A stretch of 64,000 nucleotides of DNA, taken from assembly GCA_040357565.1 (NCBI GenBank), contig JBDODJ010000012.1; one strand, given 5' to 3'. The translations under genes were made by a program, and so were the position numbers. The notes under the pieces are model-generated. The model was not told where the DNA came from. It did not search any database and saw only the letters and a program-made list of their open reading frames with translations. This document shows positions 51,389 to 64,000 of the stretch, one piece after another; within the stretch, counting starts at the first letter, position 1, and each line of letters begins with the position of its first letter. This DNA comes from Cercozoa sp. M6MM. Lineage: Eukaryota > Protista > Endomyxa: Ascetosporea.

Positions 51389-52505
51389 CACAACACATAC
51401 ATACATCGAGAGACACAAAGTCACCTTGGCGTGCAGAGCGACGCGTGAGCACGAAATCGCTGCCACACGGCACGTCTGTGTCACACGGGAGATAATAGGG
51501 GTAACATAGATTACAACAGGGGGGGGGGAGACACACAGGGCTCGCGTTGGCCGACGAGATCACACGGCCGCAGAACTGCGACAAAAAGTTCGCCAAACCT
51601 GCGTCCTCCAGTGCCTGTATTCCGGGGAGGTAAAGCAAACAAGAGGGATGAAGAGTAGGGGAGTAAAGAGGAGGGTAAGAGAAGCAGGCACCGCCGGCGA
51701 GTACTCGCAGACGTAGCGCAGCAGAATGAGAGCGGCCTCCTGTCGTGCCACGTCGGCGTCCGTCACCTGCGCAAATGGAATCAACGGAACGCAATGGGGG
51801 AGGCAAAAAGGTCTACCTGAGACATGGCTTGGACGGCCTGGGCCACGTCGTTCCACTGGCGTTTCTCCTGCACGACCTCGCGGCCGTAGATGGCGGCGAC
51901 GCACTGCGCCACGGCACGCACCACTGCGTGCTCCTGCTCGTTGCCGAGACACGACAGCAGCGCCTGCTGCACCTTGCCGCGCACCTGATTCACACACACA
52001 CGCACGCCGTCTTCAATCGGCAAAAAGCATGCGCACTCACGCAAAGAACAAGCGTGCACCTCCTGCGGCGCCTCTGTCCACGTGGTGTCCTTCATCGAGA
52101 TGGCGCACAGCTGCATACCAGACAAGGGTGTGACTTCAAGCAGCAGCAGCAGCAGCAGTAGCAGCAGTGTCCTTGTGCTCTACCTGACGCAGCAGAATGG
52201 CGGCAAACTGACGCAGATGCGGTTCCGGGTGGCCGGCTAGCACCTCAGCGAGCGACGACAGGTACGCATTGCCGTCACTCTGTGCAACCAACAGACACGC
52301 ACTCACTCACACATACACAATACACGAACGACTTTCACAGTACCTGGCGGAGCTGCAGAAGCTGCTGCGTCGCCTGATGACGAACTGAATCGTCACCGGT
52401 CTGCGACGCCGCTGCCGACAGCACGTCCAGGAAACTGCAGCAACAACACCCCACGCCTGCAAAACAAAAAAGCGCCCACTAGAAATGGTAAACTCACTTA
52501 GACAT
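45776..52505 (-). CDS. importin-beta family karyopherin, importin-5/Pse1-like
   Basis: HEAT-repeat protein: LRQFAAILLRQ, QWNDVAQ, SADWKRRQGAL, HFRVHA, VRDQAMFAVG, FVPFLPQVM, PLHE. About 47 introns. Confidence 0.85.
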
Positions 52506-52737
52506 CCTCACGCGCTTCGTGCCACAATACAAAGCGAGTGTTGCTTCGTGCGCACTACACGCCTGTCTGCTTACTGCAACCTGTCAGCTGTGGCTCTGCC
52601 CTTCTGCTTTGGGAATCCAAAGAGCCAGAGACGGGACAATATCGTACAGTTTTGTACTGGACCCGTACGGTAGCCAGCTTCGTAGCACTTAGCACTACGC
52701 ACGCCACAGGTGCTCTCCAGACCGGCTAGTGACGACG

Positions 52738-53534
52738 ATGCAGCGTATCATTCAGAAAGCTCGCGCGGTGGCGCGACGCTCGTTCGCTGTGGCAGAGGGC
52801 GGCTTTGAGAAGTTCACGGCTGAGCAGCAGCAGTACCGAATGGGCTTCGTGCGTTTTCTACACCATCTGCATTCTATGTGCGCAAGCGCTACACTTGTTT
52901 CGGCAGCTTTTTGCAACATCACAAAATTTTCTCCTGCCATGTGTGTTTTGTTGTTGTTGTTGTAATACCATTCCTATGCTTGTTGCGCTGTCTCTAGGAC
53001 TCGGTGCGCCTGTCGACGGGTGCCATCAAGCCGCAGAGCGTGATGAACACGCTGACGACGCAGCCAACACTGATGAACGTACTGCAGCATTTTCTCCACT
53101 AGCGCCAAACGAGCTAGCGCCAAACGAGTGCTTGTTGTGTGCACGACAGGAATTCGCTGCGCTGATGCGACGCACGGTGTTTGCTTCGACGGGCACGTCG
53201 CTTTTCTTCTACCTCGGTCTGGCGGCTTCGGGCCACTACATCGTCAACCAGTTCTGCGACTACGTGTGGGAGGCCAACAACCACTACGTACACTCATTCA
53301 TATCACATGCCTGGTGTTTGTTCTTGTGGTTTTGCTTTTTAATTTCCTCTCGCGAGAGTAGAAGACGCCCGAGTACACGATTTCCTCGTTCCCCGAGATC
53401 ATTGAGGACATGGTACCTTTCTCCTTGCTCTTTTGTTGCGTGTGTTGGTGTGGGCTATCGCCATTTTTGTCCTGCAGATGGAGGACGAAGAGGAGGAGGA
53501 TGATGAGGATGATGAGGAGGAGGAGGAGGACTAA
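52738..53534 (+). CDS. probable cytochrome bc1 subunit 9 (Qcr9/UQCR10)-like protein with N- and C-terminal extensions
   Basis: Core LMRRTVFASTGTSLFFYLGLAASGHYIVNQFCDYVWEANNHY|K resembles the Qcr9 TM plus D..W...N.GK pattern. Presequence-like MQRIIQKARAVARRSF. Acidic tail. Confidence 0.5.
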
Positions 53535-54320
53535 GCGAAGCGTCTGCCCCGGCTGTTCAGTGCGCTCTCCAGTCCATCGCCGTGCGTGGCAGCACTCAGA
53601 GTCGGAGTCGACCAGTTTCTCTCACTGCAACATCCACGCGCGCCCTCTAGCGTTTAGTACATTCCATTTCTGATTCGATTAGACCCCGGGGCCTAACCTA
53701 GTCAGTCAGTTGTTACTGACGGTTGTCAGTGAAAAGAACTAAATAAAAGAAGTAAGTCGTCAATTAGACGAAGCGAGGGAATCAATGATTCAGTTAGTAG
53801 AAGCGAAGTGAAGAATTACCCCAACTGGGTTCTTACGCCAAACTAGACGGAGTTGTAGACGGAATCTTCCGTCACGGGGAAAATCGTGACAAGATTTAAC
53901 AAGAAAACCCCTTCTCTCTACAGCAGCCAATGCTTACTTGTAGAGGTGGATATCAGTACAAACTGCAGAGCAACTGACCAGCTGATGCCAAGTAGATGAG
54001 GTTTTCTCTTTGCCAACTGGCAGGCTCAATCTACAGGACAGGCTTTCAGACAGGTCCAGTCACAGCTCTATGGGCAGTAGTACCGTAGGGCCACAAACTC
54101 TTAACTCTTCTTTTCTCTCTCTTTTCTTCAATGATGGGAGACCAACTGGTCTGTCTGGGTTTATCCGCGCGGAGACTGCATAATCTGAGTCAGTCTGTAA
54201 CACAGTAGTAGCTTGAGGGCGGGACATCGTAATACTGGCTACTAAAATTGAACGAAACTGGCTGAGCTTGTGAGTGTGCATGTGTCCTGTCACGGTCACG
54301 AAAGCTTCAGTTCGCTTGAA

Positions 54321-57300
54321 CTACATCGGGCGCTGCGTGTCCTGGTCACGAAAGCCGCGATTGCGTTCGACAAGTTCGTCCCAAGTCATGTCACCTTTCA
54401 GCGCCTTTGCGTCCGACATTTGTCTGTGGTGTCCTACGATGCAGAACACGAGACGAGAGGTATAATCATACACATACACACGCATTTGTAAGAAGGGAGG
54501 TACGCCGTTTCCTCGCCCGTTCTCCTTTCAGGCGACTTCGCAATTCCTGCAGAAACACGAAACACAAAAATAGATCTAGGTCAATTCAGATGGTCAGATT
54601 AAGTGGTCGTACAGCTCGCTTCTCTGCGGCTGCAACGCTCATTTGATGCAGCGACTAAGCAAGCCAGGCAGAAACACTTGGATATGAAGCAGAAACAGCA
54701 CCACAAAGACAAGGTACCGCAGACATGAGTTGCCACACGTGTTGTTGATGCTGCTCTGCTTGCTCCTGCGTGCGTGGCGAACAAGGGATTTACACAGAGG
54801 CACAGTTACATCCGACAGCTGGAGAGATAGAGGGAGAGCAAGACTACTTGCTGCAGGAAGCTGTCGGGGAACTTCTGCGCCAGGAAGAGGTAGGCGTCCA
54901 GCATGCAGTTGATGCGCTCCAGTTCACGCAAATCTTCCTGCGTAAGTACACATCACACCACCACCACCACCACCACACTGCACGAGCACTGTGTACGTCG
55001 GATGAAGGCGGCTGGTCCGGCAGAGTGAGTGCTGGTAGTTCGACCTGTCAGCAAGGTGCACACTCTCAGGACGCACATACACACAAACAAATTGGGCGCA
55101 GTACAGGCAAGCCGTCGGAGAAACGTTCAGCCCACACGCGAACTAGTCTCTTCTGTGACGACACCAACACGGGTAGTCGGTCAAGAGGGTAAGACACGGG
55201 AGGTAGAGATATAACGTACGTATGCGAGACAAGTGTGGGTGAAGCCGTACGGCGCCACGCAGAAGGTCCACTTGTCGGCTGGCCGCATGAATACGCCATC
55301 CAGTAGGTTGGCCACCTCTAAGGATACACTGATGTACGGGAGGAAGGGGCAAGGGACACAGATAAGGGGCGTACCCAATTCATCAGAGACGTCACCAAGC
55401 TGGAAGGTATTGTTGTCGAGTTCGCACAACTCGCACATCTCTTTAACCTGTGCATTTTAATGGGTATACTCCTTCCCACGCATCTGTGACGAATATACCT
55501 GTTCGGCAAAGGTCTTGCCAGGCACCAGGTCACAGAAAGCCTCGACATGCGACCCCTCGAACAGGTACGTCGCACGTTCCTAGGTACACTTTCGTACAGC
55601 CTGCATAGCAAGGGGCGGGGGGGGGGGGGAAAACGCACCTGTCTCTCCGGCTTTGAGAGCAGCGCTTCCTTCACTTTCTCGATGTTAGCGGCTCCGCGCA
55701 CCTGCAGATAGACACACAATGCACTTCCACATGCACAGGGATACATGTCTGGACAAAGGGGACAAAGGTACGCCGTCGATGCTGATGGTACTGACGTGTC
55801 CGATGCTCTGCTTGCCTTCGCCTGTGCGATCACACACAGAGATAAGGTCGGGCACAAACGACAAGGCTCGGTGTGTACCCTCATAGCGACCGGCGCGACC
55901 GGCGATCTGCAGAGTCTCGCTGACGGTGAGGTCGCGCAACCTCTTTCCGTCAAACTGGGAGGCACAACGGACACAGTGACAAGACAGAAAGCTACGGTAC
56001 ACAACAGGAAGGAAGGTTATCTAAGGGAAACGAACCTTCTGTGTGTCGGAGAAGAGAATACGTCTGATGGCGAGGTTGAGACCCATGCCGACGGCATCAC
56101 TTGTAACCAGCACATCGTAGCCTGCACAGTTACCAGACAGAGCAACATAGACGAGGAGGACAAAGGTATGTGAGACCATGTGGTACCACTGTCCGGGTCG
56201 TTGAAGAGACGCGCCTGCTCTCGTCGCACGTCAGGTGGCAGACGGCCGTATACGATGGCGCACTTCATATTCTGCGGGGGGGGGGGGGGTAAAAGGATAA
56301 CGTGGTTAAAGGGATAGAAAGAGGTACAGTGGTGGTTTCAACGATGCGTTTGATCTCGTGCAGCTTGGCGCGCGAGAAGGCCACAATGGCGTCGCCCTTG
56401 CTCAGTTGTCGCACTGACTGCAGTGGCTACACACAGACACCAAACGCACACTCAAAGGTGGTGCACACAGTAGCATAGATGGACAAGGCAGTACCTTGGA
56501 GACTCGCAACTGCCCGAGTCGCTCGTAAGTGTTGACGACGAGCTCATCGCCGGTGCGCTCGACCATCTTTTCGACGAGTTGTTTCACCTGTGGGGAAGGT
56601 AGACACGGGTCAAGGGAGGGGCGAACAAGAGTAAAGGGTGGGTAAAAGGGCAGGTCGCGAAAGGGAGGGGCAAAACTACCGAAGCATCGCCGCACACGTG
56701 AATCTCTTGAGCCCGCAAACCGAGCAGTGCCGCCGTCCAAGCGTGGCCTCGGTCCGGCGACCCGAGCATCTGGATCTACCACGCCGAGAGGGTACAGGAG
56801 TCAGGGGATGACCAACAAGTAGGTGGCAAAGGTAGGTGTGTATGCATGTGTGTGTGTGTGTGTGTGTACACACCTCATCAATGACGGCAACGTCATAGGT
56901 CTGATTTAAGGGCGCCATCTCGCAGGTGCAGGAGGTGTGCAAAGCACCCAGCACGATTTCCTTCTCCTGGCCCGTCATCAAGTTCGTCGGTACACCGGCC
57001 TGCCCAGTTCCAGATGGTTTACACACTCCTGTCGAGTATCGAGTGAATGCAGGCACCTCGTTCATGCGCTCATAGTTCTCCCACGCCAGCAGACGCAAGG
57101 GTGCCAAATAGATGCCTGCTCAGTACACCAGTCGGCACCTTGCGGAGACATGTGACTACACGGGACCGAGCGTACCAGACCTGGACTGCTTGAGGGCGTC
57201 GATTGCCCGGTGTGTCTGTCACAAAGGTACTTGTACCCTGCAAGGGGCATACCAAGCAGAGGTTGCAGAGAGACATAGACACCTTGCCAGAGTTTGTTGG

Positions 57301-57579
57301 ACCGGCGTGGTAGACGATCTTGCGCCGCATGTCTCGGGCGAACGGGTAGCCACTAGACATGCACACGCATACACACACATGCATGTATCAGCACACAGGT
57401 TATGGGAAGGTACTTCTCAGGGCGGGTCATTTCGAGCAGATCGCCAAACACATTCCGTGAGGCAGGTAAGTTACGCCGCAGCCAGATGCGCATCACGTTC
57501 TGCACGCGCTGCTGCAGGCGCTGCAGGCGCTCGTCTTCACTCTCCTGCCGACATTACATAAACTTACCATTTACACAGG

Positions 57580-57630
<51 letters not shown>

Positions 57631-58560
57631 ACATATGCCTGCAGTATATGCCAGACACCTGATTCTCACTGGAGACGATGTCCTCCAAATCGTCCTCCAA
57701 ATCGTCCTCCAAATCGTCGTCATCGGAGTCGCTATACTCGTCCTCAACGTCGTCGCTAGTCGTCTCTTTGACCACACTAAGAGGATCCTCGCTGCTGTCG
57801 TCGTGCCCCTCGTCGTAGCCCTCGGACTCCTCGTCCTCGTCCTCGGTACCAAAAACGGGAAGAGCGTCGTACCACTGCATTTGCACTCGCTAGGTACACC
57901 ACAGGGACACAGAAAAAGCAGATGAGGCACACACCTCGTGGATGGCACTCAACATGTCCTGCGCACGCGGGTTCGTCGGGTTCTGACAGTAGGCCATCAA
58001 CTGCTCCGACTCCGTCTACACCAGGATTCATTTCATCTTAAAGGATAGGATATATGAAAGAGCAACCTTCAGGGAGTCGAACTTCGCCATCTCGAGCTGC
58101 AAGGAAAGACATGCGTACTGACCTCTGCAACTGCAACAACAAAAGAAGAAATTCACCTCTGAGCAAAGATAGGCGACGTTGTGCGCGATGGCGGCACTCT
58201 CGTCGTCGAGATTTGAAGCTGCATTGCGCAGGGAAGCTGCAAAGTTTCGCGGCATGCGCGGTCTGCCCACTCGCATGAGGGACGGCATCTGTCAAGCGAA
58301 TGCACCGCATGCCGGCAAGGACAAAAATCTAGGTTGTGGTATACCCGCCGCGTCTTCCTTTTCCCCTGTCCCACAGGCCTTCCGTCCTTCTTTTTTTTAA
58401 TAGGTTTCCCATGCTTGTGTGTCCTGCCATGATGCTTCTTCGGCTGTCTCTGCAGGGGAACATCGTTAAGCAGAAGAAGAGCAATCAAACATCATGAGTA
58501 GAGTGATCGCACCGAGGCAAACCGCACAGCTTGGCGCCGCACAGCTAACAACGTGCGCAT
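54321..58560 (-). CDS. SUV3: mitochondrial ATP-dependent RNA helicase SUV3
   Basis: [22 protein letters not shown]|[27 protein letters not shown]|[68 protein letters not shown]. Confidence 0.96.
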
Positions 58561-58664
58561 CACCCAAGTAATCACACACGAGTGCTGTGTAGTCGGCGGG
58601 CTGAGCCGTCGGAAATCAACTCCACGCCATGGGCTCCGCCGATCCCCATTATACCAGGTGATCG

Positions 58665-59978
58665 TAAAAAAAGGACTGTGTTCTGGCAAAGGCCCAAAAC
58701 TGTACCCCGCTGCTTTGACCTAATGCTAGGTTTGAGTGTGTGCTTATACCCACTTGCGTCGCGTGGGCTTTCTAATTTCGAATTTAGGTAACCCAGTACA
58801 GCACGATGAGCGTGTAATCTTTTTGGTGCTCGAGTACGTGGCTTTCCGAGGTTACGAGCGGGTTTAAAACGTTAAGAACCATCTCAGTACAGACCGATGA
58901 TCAGTTCCTAAAGATGTCTCGAAGATCGGGCGGAATGGGCGGCGGTTTTGGCACGTATTTTTTCTTCATGTGTATGGCCGGCGTCGCTTCACTGCGAGTA
59001 GGAGCGGCTCGCTGCCACTCTGCGAGCTTATCTACAGAAATGATGAGATTCATAAGTGTTCATACTTGCAAATTAGTGGACAGGAGCACCAGCGTGGGGG
59101 TGTCATCGGCGGTCGAGAAGTCTGCCAGCAGCTTGTGCAGTGGCAATCGGCCTGCCGCGTGATACAACCTGTACACAGCATGCAGAAGTATCGAAACAAA
59201 GGCAGTCAATGTCTGAGACGTCAATGTCTGAGACTACATTGTCAGTGGCAGCGACACGCATCGCGGTCTGCGCCAGCGACGGTACGGGCACCAATCCTTG
59301 GTGTGCAGTTTGTGCACAACGAAAGGACGCTAGGTCTTCTTTCGCGTGAATGCGACTGCTTTACGTCTGTTTACTCTGTCCAAATGATCAGTCCAACTCT
59401 TATTGAAACTCAGTACTTAAATACTACACGTACTAGTGGGAGTAAATAGGTGCAACGTACCCGTTGTAGTATTTCGCAAGGACCGAACGCGAAGCAGTGG
59501 TCTGTTGCGTTTGTGTTGTCGAAGATGCGAGGGCTTTGGTGCACAGCCGTTGACCAAGCACGGCTGACGCACGGCGAAGTGACGTGTCATGTCAGTGCAT
59601 GGATAGAACAGACAGTCACATGGAAAAGCGAACTTGCAAGAAATCGAGCTAACCGAGAGACAAATTTAACAATCCTTCTTTTCAGCGACTCTGCGGCGTT
59701 TACCATGATTTAAGCCACTAAAGTAGTGCAGGGCACCCTGTGCACTGCAACAGTACTAACGGCAGAAAGCCAGCCAAGCACACGTAAAACCGCGTTTCCC
59801 GCTCTCAAAAGCTCAGGTCCTGTGCTAATGTGTATTCGACCAGTACTGAGCTCATTATAAATTCTTATAATTCACTCTGAAACAAAGGGAGGTGCGACAA
59901 CAGCTCTCCGAACACTCGCCCCTTTAAAAGGTACGAAAACAGCACTCTCCGGGCACTCACCCTCTGAGCCCTCAAGTG
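58665..59978 (-). repeat. ~1.3 kb dispersed repeat, copy 2 (inverted relative to 23624-24985)
   Basis: Reverse complement of copy 1 with substitutions and several indels. Confidence 0.95.
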
Positions 59979-60161
59979 GTACAGTACTGTACTGATATAC
60001 AATAAAAATTAAAAAAGATGACCATGATCGAACAACATTGCAGGCGTTAAAGAACCACGCAGTGTGCGTGCGCGAGCACACGTTTGTGAGTTTTTGTTAT
60101 TGTACTGCCAGGCTCGCCCGCTGTGCGATCGCTTCCCCTTTATCTATCGACGTCTGGGGAG

Positions 60162-64000
<3,839 letters not shown>

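Noticed and set aside
54060-54270. Minus-strand peptide TVLQTDSDYAVSA resembling an RNase H motif
   Set aside because: Single short motif. The other RNase H catalytic motifs are not visible in any nearby frame.
23624-59978. Giant TIR transposon or Maverick/Polinton defined by the inverted repeats
   Set aside because: The interior holds only intron-rich housekeeping genes. No integrase, polymerase, capsid or transposase gene and no target-site duplication were seen.

Overview
Gene-dense, intron-rich nuclear DNA from a unicellular eukaryote (GT-AG spliceosomal introns, microsatellite-filled introns, scaffold N-gaps). I cannot assign the species from the sequence. All gene models were spliced by eye, so exon boundaries are approximate. 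About 20 genes. Recognisable ones: WDR4/Trm82-like, MYCBPAP-like, Deg/HtrA protease, stand-alone I9 inhibitor, dual HMG-box protein, AMPK/SNF1 beta subunit, RING-H2 protein, acylaminoacyl peptidase, Cwc2, importin-5-like, Qcr9-like, SUV3 helicase and kinesin-14. Best candidates for novelty: (1) a TNFAIP8/TIPE lipid-binding domain fused in frame to a globin (6114-7591); (2) a Venus-flytrap class C GPCR that appears to carry two RGS-like domains in its tail (15157-21100, minus); (3) an F-box protein with a bacterial-type four-Cys module; (4) a ~1.3 kb inverted repeat pair, both copies in divergent-promoter intervals, bracketing ~34 kb of housekeeping genes; (5) unusual splicing signals, namely very high intron density, GTAC/GTATCC donors mostly lacking +5G, and tandem CCTTAC repeats on the sense strand of introns.
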